A DNA stretch of 44,497 nucleotides from a virus (Duplodnaviria > Caudoviricetes), in IMG/VR virus record IMGVR_UViG_3300022307_000004, positions 1 through 44,497 of that record; one strand, given 5' to 3'. The notes under the pieces are model-generated. The model had not been told where the DNA came from. It searched no databases and saw only the letters and a list, made by a program, of their open reading frames with translations. Position numbers and translations under genes: made by a program. This document shows, piece after piece, positions 27,030 to 36,167 of this stretch (the first letter of the stretch is position 1; each line of letters begins with the position of its first letter).

Positions 27030-29485
27030 TCAGTCATCTTTGTGTTCATTCCACGCTGATGCAAGTTGTTCAGAAAGGACTTTTAAATCTCTTGAGAATT
27101 TTTTACCTTTTAACTCCGTTCCCTTCTTAAACCTTTTAAAAATAGTCAGGTCGGCGGGAATAACAAACTCGCGACCATTAGTTTTCAAAGGTATCTCAAG
27201 TTTTGATCTTATATCATTGATCATCCTAGCATGTTCTTCCCAAGGAACTGACAGGGGAATTTGAAAAATAATCTCATCATGAACCTGGCCGAGAAGTTCA
27301 ATAGGTTCAAACTTCTCAGGGTTGTAATAGATATAGTTCATCCCCCGCTCATTGATCACATCTCCGACAGTTCCTTGAGGAATACATGCATAAGATTCTT
27401 TAAACGTAGCATCATCGAGTCGCCCGAGGAAAGGAGTCTTACGACCCATAAGGTTTGTAACAACCCTTGAGGTAAAGAGTTGGTCACGAATCTTTTTATG
27501 AAACACATTCCTTACGCCTGGGTAAGCAAGGTGGTAACGGGAAACTATGAACTTACCTTCACGCTCCGGGATTTCGTAATAAAAACTGAAAGTACGATAG
27601 CCTAAGTCATAATTCAATCCGTGGTTTGCCTTCTTACCCCAGAACCTTTCTGAGTGTGTTCCATCACCTAGGTCGCAGGTATTATCCTCGGTAGTTATTT
27701 CCGTTATCGGCTTTTGAAAAATCAATGATGCCGTTAATGAATGAACGTCCTTTTCATGCTCAAACGCATCAATCATGGCCTGTACGTTGCCCACATACGC
27801 CACAATCCGGTTTTCCGCTTGTGACAGGTCGAACGCATACCCCACATAACCATCATCAGCCATTAAAAATTTCAGCATGGCATGAGGCCAGTTCTGCATG
27901 TTCATGCCGGTGCCGAAGATGTTTGAGCTTGAACTTATTCTCGAATACCTAGTGCCAACAGGATTGTACGAACAGCGGATACGGTTGTCAGGATCAATCT
28001 TATCTGAGTTTAAGTAGGTCGAAGCTAGTTTCTTATTCTTCCTAATTCGTTGGATAAGTTTGGCTTCCTTCATACCCTTCCTAGCCAGCCGCTTAAGAGC
28101 GTCATTGTCAACAGCTATGGAACCTGTGCCTCGTTTCTTATAAGGCTTCAGCCCCTTCTTGACATAGAAGTAATTCTTAAGTTGTGCTGGAGAGTTGGGA
28201 TTAAGTTCTCCACCAGCCAGCTGGTTTAACTTATCTTGAAGTTCCTCAACTTCTTTCATCAAGGACTCATAAAGGTTTTTAATACCTTCAATATCAACAT
28301 TAGTGCCATGTTCCATTATGTAAACTAGTGGTTCAATAATGGCTCGTTGGCGGTTATAAGTATCAATGTTTCCCTGGTTTTGAAGTTCTTTAAGTTGCTT
28401 CGGAAAAGATATCGAAGGAGTCAAGGAGTCAAGTCCATTATAATGCCACAGTTGTCCCCAACTGCCGCCGACCTTAAACCAGCGTTTCCCCTCATCCTTG
28501 TAGTAAGGAAGGTCGGTGTGGATGCTAGTTATGAAGTCTAAGCCCTTAGGATAATCTGGCATGATAATTTGCTGAGCGACCATAGTATCATGAATCGGTC
28601 TCACCTTGATCCCGTAACGGCGAAGTAGGAAGTGAGCATCAAAAGCTAGGTTTTGCCCAAGCTTTCTGATGGAACTATCTTCAAGAATCTTGGCGATTTT
28701 TAACCAGATTTCCAACTCCTGTTCGATAGTAAAAATATCTCCCTGATCGTCAACAAAGGCAATGCTCATAGAAACCCGCCGCTCAACGGAGAAGGAGATA
28801 CAAGAGACTTCTTCATTACTGACTTCAATATCAAAGGCGGTAATGGTCTTACCTTCTTCAATATCATTAAGGAACTCCATTATCTGGAAAAAGCTGGGCC
28901 TGGTTATCACCTCATAAGAATAGGGTTCATAAGATTCCTTCTCACAAATCCTTGCGGCTTTGAGAAGGTCATTGATTATTAGATGTTTGTTAAGGAAAAC
29001 ATTCTTAGGTGGAATCACTGTGGCTGGATGGATTATGGGAATAACCCACTTATCAGGAACAAGTGTTGACTTCATTACTGAGCCACGCCACTTAGTAATC
29101 CCTGTTCGTGAGCAGAGTGCTTGAAGAGCTACATTTCCAACAGCGATTATGTAATTACAAGGAATTGCTTCAAGTTCTTTTTTCAGAACTTCAACATAAT
29201 CCTGCCCAGGTTTGGTAAAGATTGAGCGATTTCTGTTTGAGTCATAGTAGTAAGGAAGTCGGTGGTCAAGGTCCTTAATTACAGTAGTCAGATAACACTC
29301 ACCTCGGATGATGTTCGCAGCACTTAAGCAATCCTGTAGAACTCTTCCCGCCGGACCTATAAAAGGTTTCCGATTTTGATTTCCTGGAACCCTGGCTGCT
29401 CACCTACAATAATCAACTTGCAGGATGAGTGTATCCCCTCAGGCAGCACAAAGGTTCTTGCATTATTGGGATTAAGTTCGTTCAT
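27030..29485 (-). CDS. polA: family A DNA polymerase with N-terminal family-4 UDG-like domain (frameshift near 29375)
   Basis: Exo I FDIE, Exo II GQN..FD, motif A DLSQAENR, motif B R..GKK.NHG.NY, motif C VHDE. Upstream of the called start at 29075 the frame stays open (PFIGPAG..L, IIAVGN.AL, KWRGS), and IVGEQPG..E lies in the adjacent frame from the ATG at 29485. Confidence 0.9.
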
Positions 29486-29496
29486 AGGTTCTGGCC

Positions 29497-30084
29497 TTAT
29501 TTGGTAAGTTCGTAGTAGCAGCGAGCAGTAGCATTGACATCATCGAGGGCGTCATGAGTTCCAGCAAAACCTTCTTCAAATAATACTTGGTGAAGTTCAG
29601 TCAACTTAGGCCACTTAGGTCTTCCGTTCTTGGTAGTTAGGCCGCAGAACTCAGTTGATTCCTTCATGGTGCAATAAGTAGGGAGCTGATCGAAGAATTT
29701 AGTATCAATGTTATGACGAGTGAGGAAGGTGTTAATTACTGCTTTGTCAAACTGAACATTGTGAGCAACAAGAAGATCAGCCTCGTGTAAGAGATCATCT
29801 AATACTGAGGTGGCTACATGGCCGGGGATTCCGTACTCATTACACAATTCAACACTGATTCCATGAACCTCAAGAGCGAAAGGGTTTATAGTAGTTCCTA
29901 CTGGAACCCTTATAATGGCTCCGAAACTTTGGAGGGGTTGGAAGCCATAGAATTTTTTTGAGTTCCTTTGAGTAAGCATCAAGCCGAGTTGAACGACATA
30001 GGGCTGCTTAGGATCATCAACCGGGGCAGAGTGTTTGTAGAGGCCAGTGGTTTCAGTATCAATGAAGAGGATATTTGTGGTCAT
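29497..30084 (-). CDS. DEDDh 3'-5' exonuclease (DnaQ-like)
   Basis: IDTETTGL, VAHN..FD and H.ALDDV motifs. Confidence 0.9.
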   Translation of the reverse strand: MTTNILFIDTETTGLYKHSAPVDDPKQPYVVQLGLMLTQRNSKKFYGFQPLQSFGAIIRVPVGTTINPFALEVHGISVELCNEYGIPGHVATSVLDDLLHEADLLVAHNVQFDKAVINTFLTRHNIDTKFFDQLPTYCTMKESTEFCGLTTKNGRPKWPKLTELHQVLFEEGFAGTHDALDDVNATARCYYELTK

Positions 30085-30093
30085 GATTTTATT

Positions 30094-30118
30094 CCTTTGG
30101 AAAAATTTTTTCCATAGC
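30094..30118. repeat. 25-bp dispersed palindrome, copy 8 (overlaps exonuclease SD)
   Basis: CCTTTGG-AAAAATTTTTT-CCATAGC. Confidence 0.9.
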
Positions 30119-30126
30119 GCGAGTTA

Positions 30127-31443
30127 TTAGAATTGATTTTTAACTTTGATTAAATAATCCTGCTGATAAGACTCGGAGAGGTCGTAACCTATGGGAATCA
30201 TATCTTCAAGACCTGCTGCAATAAGCGTAGCTCCGCTGCCGGCAAAGGGGACAAGGACCTTAGCATTTGGTTTTGCAAAGGTGGTAAGGATTTCCTGCAT
30301 TAATGGGACTGGTCGTTCAGTAGGATGTTTCTTATTATCCGGGCTTACAGGGCTAAACTCAAAACCATTAATACTGCCGGGTTTAGCAAGGGTAGCTTGT
30401 CCCTTTCGAGCATAGAAAAACATTTCATAAGAGTTACCAAGTCGAGTTGTGGGGGAGTTAGTCTGACCATAAGACTTATTCCAAATTCCACACATGCGAG
30501 TAATAACAAGGCCAGTTTTCTTAATGGCCTGGTAAACGTCTTCGAACCAAGGTTCAGGAGCGAACCAGAAAACTAACCATGAACTAGGAGCCATCACACG
30601 ATAGACTTCAGACATAAGTTTCTCAAGAAAGACTTTGTAATCCTTCTTCTCAACCTCATTATAGTCCTCGTATGAGTAGTTTTGTTTGGTATGTTCGAGG
30701 TCGATTCCATAAGGTGGATCAATCTCTACTAAGTCAAACATCCCAGACTGGAGTTTTGGAAGAGCTTCGAAAACGTCATTTATAATATAAGCTTCTGACA
30801 TATGTTTCTGCTGACCACCATTAGTGGAAATAGCCGCCTTAGCATCGGTAGAAAGAACCGAACGCTCGACAATGGCAGTAACTTTTTTCAGTAGCTTGTT
30901 AGCGTCATTTTTATTTTTGCACTTTTTCCAAGGCATTTCGGGAAAGTCCTTTATAGCCTTGACAAGTTTTAGGTCTTGAACAACTGTTGAATGAGACTTG
31001 CCCAGAAGTTTTGCCGTGTCGCGGATAGAGTGTCCGGAAGCACCTGGAGCTTTTGAGATTTTTTCTCCATGAATGGAGATTTGAAGTTGATTGATTTCAT
31101 CCTCGAGGAATATCTTCTCCTCCCACGAAAGAGACTTCCGCCTGACATTCTCCTCCAACTCAATTGAACGTAGCTCGAGGTCATTTAGTTGGCGGTCATA
31201 AATACGAACAGGAATATCCTTCATACCAATCTGTTGGCAGGCTCTAAAACGGCGGCCTCCGGCGATAAGAATATACTCCTTGTCTGACTCTATATAGTTT
31301 TTTGTAAGGCCTACAGCTATAGGATTTATTAACCCCTTTTCCTTTATTGATAGGGCAAGTTCACTGATATCCCCATAGTCAACCCTTCTCCGCTCTCCCT
31401 CAAATACTTCATCAATGTTGAGAATTTTCAGCTGCATGAGCAT
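30127..31443 (-). CDS. ParB-N + HTH + N4/N6 DNA methyltransferase fusion
   Basis: LA.SI...GLINPI.V, IAGGRRFRA and EEN..R (ParB); SIRDTAKLLGKSHSTV (HTH); DPPY, HPTE.P and PFAGSG (beta-class MTase). Confidence 0.9.
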   Translation of the reverse strand: MLMQLKILNIDEVFEGERRRVDYGDISELALSIKEKGLINPIAVGLTKNYIESDKEYILIAGGRRFRACQQIGMKDIPVRIYDRQLNDLELRSIELEENVRRKSLSWEEKIFLEDEINQLQISIHGEKISKAPGASGHSIRDTAKLLGKSHSTVVQDLKLVKAIKDFPEMPWKKCKNKNDANKLLKKVTAIVERSVLSTDAKAAISTNGGQQKHMSEAYIINDVFEALPKLQSGMFDLVEIDPPYGIDLEHTKQNYSYEDYNEVEKKDYKVFLEKLMSEVYRVMAPSSWLVFWFAPEPWFEDVYQAIKKTGLVITRMCGIWNKSYGQTNSPTTRLGNSYEMFFYARKGQATLAKPGSINGFEFSPVSPDNKKHPTERPVPLMQEILTTFAKPNAKVLVPFAGSGATLIAAGLEDMIPIGYDLSESYQQDYLIKVKNQF

Positions 31444-31631
31444 CCCCCTGATTTAAGTGTCTCAATAACATTGCAGATGCTTATGTCCTCACTAACGGTA
31501 AGGTGAAATACCTGACCAGAGTCAGTGATTACTCTGACCATTCCCTTAGGTGAGTCATTAACAACTGCCTCGACTTTCTGGGGGTTAATGTAGACGGTGG
31601 GACTTATTTGTATCAGATCTATGTTTTTCAT
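31428..31631 (-). CDS. small hypothetical protein
   Basis: YINP..V pattern, overlapping operon context. Confidence 0.6.
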   Translation of the reverse strand: MKNIDLIQISPTVYINPQKVEAVVNDSPKGMVRVITDSGQVFHLTVSEDISICNVIETLKSGGCSCS

Positions 31632-31867
31632 AACTTTCCTGTAAGTTCTTGAAGAAGTTGTTGCTTCATTGAATCATCAAGCATTGAGAATAGTTGCAGA
31701 GGAGAAAGTTTGCTACTGCGTTTCTTACTCCCCTTAGTCTTGACACTTTTTGTAAGAGACTTCTTAGAAGTTCTCCTAGAAGTTCTGAGATTTTTAATTA
31801 ACTCAAATGCTTCCTCGTGAGGAAGTTGAGTGATGCTAGGCTTTAGTGAATCTATAGTCGCCATCAT
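31628..31867 (-). CDS. small basic hypothetical protein
   Basis: Translationally coupled; Lys/Arg/Ser-rich middle. Confidence 0.65.
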   Translation of the reverse strand: MMATIDSLKPSITQLPHEEAFELIKNLRTSRRTSKKSLTKSVKTKGSKKRSSKLSPLQLFSMLDDSMKQQLLQELTGKL

Positions 31868-32100
31868 GAACTCCCACTGATTGTTTTTGAAAGGTCATTT
31901 AGCTTAAGTTTGCGATCTAACACCATAGCAACGAGCATTTGAGGATTAGGATGCTCGGAAAAGGTTTTAGTAATGTCGTCAATGATACAAGAGAAGAAAG
32001 TATTCTGCGTTCCCCACGGAAGAAACTGATTAAGCTTATCCCGCTGTTCTCTTGTAATGTCAACAGATAAACGGATTCGGTATGGTTCCCTGCCTCCCAT
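31864..32100 (-). CDS. putative ribbon-helix-helix-like DNA-binding protein
   Basis: RLSVDIT.EQ...L alternating strand followed by two helices. Confidence 0.45.
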   Translation of the reverse strand: MGGREPYRIRLSVDITREQRDKLNQFLPWGTQNTFFSCIIDDITKTFSEHPNPQMLVAMVLDRKLKLNDLSKTISGSS

Positions 32101-32677
32101 CTAAGTGCTCCTTGATAATTTCTTCTATCTCCTCAAGACGTTCTTGAATAGAGATAGTTTCCAGCACGTAAATGGCTGGATAATGTGACTGTTGGTAGAA
32201 GGTGTTAAACATAAGACCTTTTAATAAAAGGTCAATCTCATATTGGTACCAGAACTTGCCAGACCTTATTCCATCATCCTCAAGTTCAAACATCCCGCAA
32301 GGGAAGAAGAAGATGATGTCGTAGTAGTTCCTGGCATAAGTCAGGCATTTGTTAATATAATCATTAAGCCATTCCTGACATTCCTGACATCTTGAAAGCC
32401 ACCTTAAAGCGTAGGCAGCATTGTCAAGGGTTGTTCGATCAGTGATAAAAGCATCAAACTTCGACTCAGCCTTTATTTTACGGCTTAGGACTTCTTCCTG
32501 AAGCTTGATAGTACCTTCATCACCCAGTTCTCTAAGATGAGAAATACCATTTGCCTTTAAGTAACTTCTTATTCCCTCTGGAATAGTAGGGATTTTCAGT
32601 TTCTCACTGACCACTTTTAACATAGTAGTCTTACCAGAACCTCCAGAACCAGTAAAACCAATTCTTATTTTTTTCAT
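32060..32677 (-). CDS. P-loop nucleotide kinase-like protein (NadR/Ttd14 AAA_28 type)
   Basis: GSGGSGKTT, I.E..R, ITDRT..D..AY and E.DG.R motifs; adjacent to thyX. Confidence 0.8.
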   Translation of the reverse strand: MKKIRIGFTGSGGSGKTTMLKVVSEKLKIPTIPEGIRSYLKANGISHLRELGDEGTIKLQEEVLSRKIKAESKFDAFITDRTTLDNAAYALRWLSRCQECQEWLNDYINKCLTYARNYYDIIFFFPCGMFELEDDGIRSGKFWYQYEIDLLLKGLMFNTFYQQSHYPAIYVLETISIQERLEEIEEIIKEHLDGRQGTIPNPFIC

Positions 32678-32688
32678 TCTTGCTGTCC

Positions 32689-33627
32689 TTACTTGGTGAT
32701 TTTTAACACTCCGTTAAAGCGTTTTGCAAGTGCCTCATTGAGTGGGAGCATAAGTTCACGAAACTGCGGATGAGCAGCTGGGGAGCAGCGCAGTTTTGAG
32801 ATGATGTTCCACTCATCAACATCGGCAGTTACAACAATCTCAGTTTTGGTGCAGTTGGGCAGGACTGATCGGGCGATCTGCGGAGAACAACCTTCATCCA
32901 GCATTGCCAGATATTTTTCTTCAGCAAACATACAAAGGCTTAACCAATGAGCACGTTGTTTTGGAGAAAGGCCTGGAGGTTCGATGAATGAGCATTCGTT
33001 TCCGAACTTTTCCTGACTATAATTACAGAAGCGAGTTGATTCCTGGGCAAATGAACAGGGGCGGTGCCGGACAATTGCATGACTGACTCCCCGGTCACAG
33101 ATGAACTTGACAGTTATCCGCTTCAAGGCCATAGGAATTTCCTCTGGGTTCATGACCGTTTCGAAAGTTTTAAAAGGAGGCGGCTCAACCGGCGGAACGA
33201 GAGTTGAAAAGTTTTCCCAAATCAAGTAACGCAATTCCTGGATAATGCTGAAATCAGTCAGCATTCCAAGGGGATTTGTAAGACTTTCAATCCAGGCCCG
33301 AAGGTTTCCACTAATGTGAAGAACTCCATCATGAATGTAGAACTTATGATAAGCAGTCCGCTCACGAAAGATTCTTCGCAAGGAGGTCTCAAGACCTCTG
33401 GGGTTGGTAGTAGTTGTGCAAACCCTGAACACCACGTTGGAGTGCTCCAGCATAGCAAGGTGTTCTTTGTTAAGCAAGGTCTTTACCATCTCCCTGGCAG
33501 AATTTTCAGTGATGCGTTCCTCACTTTTATAACAAGTTCGTGCTGCACTCTCGATCCACTCTAAGGTTTTAATGCCAGGAGCTGGACACTCACCAAGGAT
33601 TATAGTGTGGGGTGTTACTATTCTCAT
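32689..33627 (-). CDS. thyX: flavin-dependent thymidylate synthase
   Basis: ARTCYKS, H...LEH, RHR..SFAQESTR, AR.VLPN and LR....AHPQ.R motifs. Confidence 0.92.
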   Translation of the reverse strand: MRIVTPHTIILGECPAPGIKTLEWIESAARTCYKSEERITENSAREMVKTLLNKEHLAMLEHSNVVFRVCTTTTNPRGLETSLRRIFRERTAYHKFYIHDGVLHISGNLRAWIESLTNPLGMLTDFSIIQELRYLIWENFSTLVPPVEPPPFKTFETVMNPEEIPMALKRITVKFICDRGVSHAIVRHRPCSFAQESTRFCNYSQEKFGNECSFIEPPGLSPKQRAHWLSLCMFAEEKYLAMLDEGCSPQIARSVLPNCTKTEIVVTADVDEWNIISKLRCSPAAHPQFRELMLPLNEALAKRFNGVLKITK

Positions 33628-33637
33628 TTATCCTCCT

Positions 33638-33706
33638 AAAAAAGCGCCCTAGGAGGAGACCGCTAATGCCAGTAAGCGGCACAACTATGTTGTTGCCTAG
33701 GGCGCT
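33638..33706 (-). terminator. multi-branched terminator/attenuator-like structure upstream of thyX
   Basis: 11-bp stem AGCGCCCTAGG/CCTAGGGCGCT enclosing two hairpins, then a U tract and AGGAGG SD. Confidence 0.6.
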
Positions 33707-33720
33707 CAGTTTTAATGGTT

Positions 33721-33745
33721 GCTATGGTTAAAATTTAACCATAGG
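33721..33745. repeat. 25-bp dispersed palindrome, copy 9
   Basis: GCTATGG-TTAAAATTTAA-CCATAGG. Confidence 0.9.
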
Positions 33746-33750
33746 GCTGA

Positions 33751-34158
33751 TTACAGGAAGCGTTTTACATAGTTCTGCGGGCCGTACTCGGAATCTTCAT
33801 TCTCATCAACTCCAAGAATAGCCCAGCCGGTGGCGCCAATGATCTCCTCAATATTGAGCTGACCACCCGAGTAATCAATCTCGAAGGCTTTGAAGAACTT
33901 ACGCAATGCCAGAGCGGCGTTGTTTTTCTTCTTCGCATCCATCTCATCAGTAGGCAGGGCCAGATACTTCGTAAAGTTCTTGGCCGTGGGAAAATCCAGG
34001 ATTTCAAAGGTTGGCATGATATAGGGATTGTCATTCTTATCCCGATCACAACGAACGTCGATTACTTGAAGTTTTACTTCTTCATTAGACCGTACCGGCT
34101 TCAGTTCCTGAGCGTCGTCCAAGTCACCCGCAGCGATATCAAGCATTGAATCAGACAT
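33751..34158 (-). CDS. putative ssDNA-binding protein (DUF669-like OB fold)
   Basis: Acidic, beta-rich, ends YGPQNYVKRF; directly follows the Sak4-like ATPase; GAGG SD. Confidence 0.6.
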   Translation of the reverse strand: MSDSMLDIAAGDLDDAQELKPVRSNEEVKLQVIDVRCDRDKNDNPYIMPTFEILDFPTAKNFTKYLALPTDEMDAKKKNNAALALRKFFKAFEIDYSGGQLNIEEIIGATGWAILGVDENEDSEYGPQNYVKRFL

Positions 34159-34197
34159 AATAATTATACCTCGGTTTTTTTAATTTGATTAAAGTAA

Positions 34198-34230
34198 GTT
34201 TCATGTTTCACGTTTCAGGTTTCAGGTTTT
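34198..34230. repeat. 7-bp tandem repeat (GTTTCAN)x4 in the leader of the SSB-like gene
   Basis: gtttcat gtttcac gtttcag gtttcag gtttt. Confidence 0.8.
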
Positions 34231-34285
34231 AAGTTATTTTCTTCACAGGGAGCCTCCATAAGTTATGATTATTTGCTTAGATGAT

Positions 34286-35116
34286 TTACCTCAGCTTCGG
34301 TTTATCATCTGTTGAGTACCCGGCCTTTTTGAGAATCTTCTTAATGTTTGGCTCCTCGTACTTATCCAGCAGACCATCCTGAGCTAGGCGGCTACGAGCA
34401 AGATTAGTCCCCGTAGAGGCGGTAAGCAGACGATAGTTGATTCCCTTAGAGCCATCCTTAGGATCCATCACATAGATTTCATCAAACAAGAGTGGAATGG
34501 TAGTTGTTCCCTGACCCGTCGTCATGTAGCGGTAGACCATGCGGCCAGATTCCTTATCCTCCTTGGCTTCCAAGTGACCAGTAACGATTACGTCACAAGG
34601 GAAGGAGAGGATTTTCTTGAGCCAATTCCTGATGGTAGTTTTCTGTGGGGTGTAGTCCTTGGTGAATCTGGGTGCAGCACCAGGAATCCCTGCACGTTTT
34701 AACAAGGCGTTCATAATTGAATCGGCCCAGGTAGTTGAAGAGTCAAGTACGTAGGTTCCGATGTAGTCAAAGTAGCCCATCCTAAGCCGGCGTTCCATCT
34801 CCTTTTCCCACAATGTGAAGGCTGTAGGTTTCATTGGGTCTTCATTTTCAAACCTGGAGTCCACCATCACAAGGCCTTGTTCGATGTGTTTCTTAAGCCC
34901 CTTGCTGCCACCAGGATCAAAACTGTCAACATGGACAGGGCCTCGGCAAGTATGAAGCATAAAACTTTTGCCGGAGCCAGACTCGCCGAGAACCAGGGCA
35001 TTGAATGAATTGCTCTTGGGGTCCTCTTGATAAATCTTCTGGATGGCTTCAAACTCCTTCTTAATGATAAGTTTTTTAGCCTCATTAGTTTCATCAGCTT
35101 TTACTCTTTCTGTCAT
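34286..35116 (-). CDS. Sak4-like / AAA_24 ATPase (recombination)
   Basis: GESGSGKS, VLDS.T, VIVTGH, FDE.Y and A.SR motifs. Confidence 0.8.
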   Translation of the reverse strand: MTERVKADETNEAKKLIIKKEFEAIQKIYQEDPKSNSFNALVLGESGSGKSFMLHTCRGPVHVDSFDPGGSKGLKKHIEQGLVMVDSRFENEDPMKPTAFTLWEKEMERRLRMGYFDYIGTYVLDSSTTWADSIMNALLKRAGIPGAAPRFTKDYTPQKTTIRNWLKKILSFPCDVIVTGHLEAKEDKESGRMVYRYMTTGQGTTTIPLLFDEIYVMDPKDGSKGINYRLLTASTGTNLARSRLAQDGLLDKYEEPNIKKILKKAGYSTDDKPKLR

Positions 35117-35571
35117 TGCTCCTCCTTAGGTAAGTATAGTTTGTATCCGTCAGAAGTAAGAAGCTTCCAACGTTTGTTGATTTGAACCCTTGCTACGGTT
35201 CTAAAACAATTATCATTTGCTCGGCAGATATCCTCAGCAGTGTCAATTTCATCTAAGGCTTGCCAGAGTTGTTCACAAATAAGTTGAAGTTGCTTAACAT
35301 CTGTGACTTCACTGAGGGGAGTTCCGCGAGATTCATCCTCCAGTTCAACTTCTATACAGCCTCTTGGAAAGTGTTTTAACTGATCCTCTTTCCAGTGAGT
35401 TTCCGGATATTCAAAGCAGAACTTGGAGCCAAAAAGTTCAAATGCTTTCTCACGATTTTCAGCATAGCTGGGGCCATTTATGATGGCCACACAGTCACGG
35501 TCAAAAACTTGGTTGTCTATCCTATGAACATGGTCATAGCCGAAGGTGATGAAAGTTTTACAGTTTGACAT
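35113..35571 (-). CDS. hypothetical protein
   Basis: SD and operon context; .TFG..H N-terminus. Confidence 0.7.
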   Translation of the reverse strand: MSNCKTFITFGYDHVHRIDNQVFDRDCVAIINGPSYAENREKAFELFGSKFCFEYPETHWKEDQLKHFPRGCIEVELEDESRGTPLSEVTDVKQLQLICEQLWQALDEIDTAEDICRANDNCFRTVARVQINKRWKLLTSDGYKLYLPKEEQ

Positions 35572-35592
35572 AGTTAATTAACCCCCTTCCGG

Positions 35593-35868
35593 CTAAACAT
35601 CACAACGGTTAAGGATATCTTCTACTTCCTCAAGAGTCCGATAACATGAAGAAATTGTTGAGAGTAATGCATCAAAGACTGGAGCCACGTTTCGGTTTTC
35701 TGAAGTTTCTGGGGGATGAGTGGGACATGCTGGAAGGCAGAATCTATCCAGTTTCGTATCCATGTGGTCGGCAAAGATACTGAATCTACTTGCAAATTCC
35801 TCTATTGATCCAATCGTTTCGGCCATCCCGGTCATATGAGCAACTCCCAGTTCTTTACGTTCTGACAT
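35593..35868 (-). CDS. hypothetical protein
   Basis: AAGGAG SD. Confidence 0.65.
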   Translation of the reverse strand: MSERKELGVAHMTGMAETIGSIEEFASRFSIFADHMDTKLDRFCLPACPTHPPETSENRNVAPVFDALLSTISSCYRTLEEVEDILNRCDV

Positions 35869-35881
35869 TTTTTAATTCTCC

Positions 35882-36106
35882 TTATAAAATTTTTATTGGA
35901 TCAGTCCAGCCATTAACAGTATCCCACCGAGGAAACTCTTCCTCCTTAGGGTCAGGCCAGAAGATGAGGGAGTGGAAAGAAACTCCATTAAGCTCCAGCA
36001 AATCCTGCCCAGTTTGAAGTTCATCAAGGTTAATAGGGCCAGAGTTCCACTTGGAATACATCGCCCCCTCGTGAGAAGTATAGAATAGTGGCTGGAGAGT
36101 TTTCAT
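35882..36106 (-). CDS. hypothetical protein
   Basis: TAATG-coupled to the upstream mini-ORF; RWD.VNGW motif. Confidence 0.65.
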   Translation of the reverse strand: MKTLQPLFYTSHEGAMYSKWNSGPINLDELQTGQDLLELNGVSFHSLIFWPDPKEEEFPRWDTVNGWTDPIKIL

Positions 36107-36147
36107 TAGACTTCTTTTCTTATTCGTTTTGCTACTTTTGCTATCAT
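36106..36147 (-). CDS. 13-aa basic mini-ORF (MIAKVAKRIRKEV)
   Basis: AGGAG SD; stop overlaps the next start (TAATG). Confidence 0.45.
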   Translation of the reverse strand: MIAKVAKRIRKEV

Positions 36148-36167
36148 CAATTTCTCCTAATAAATTG

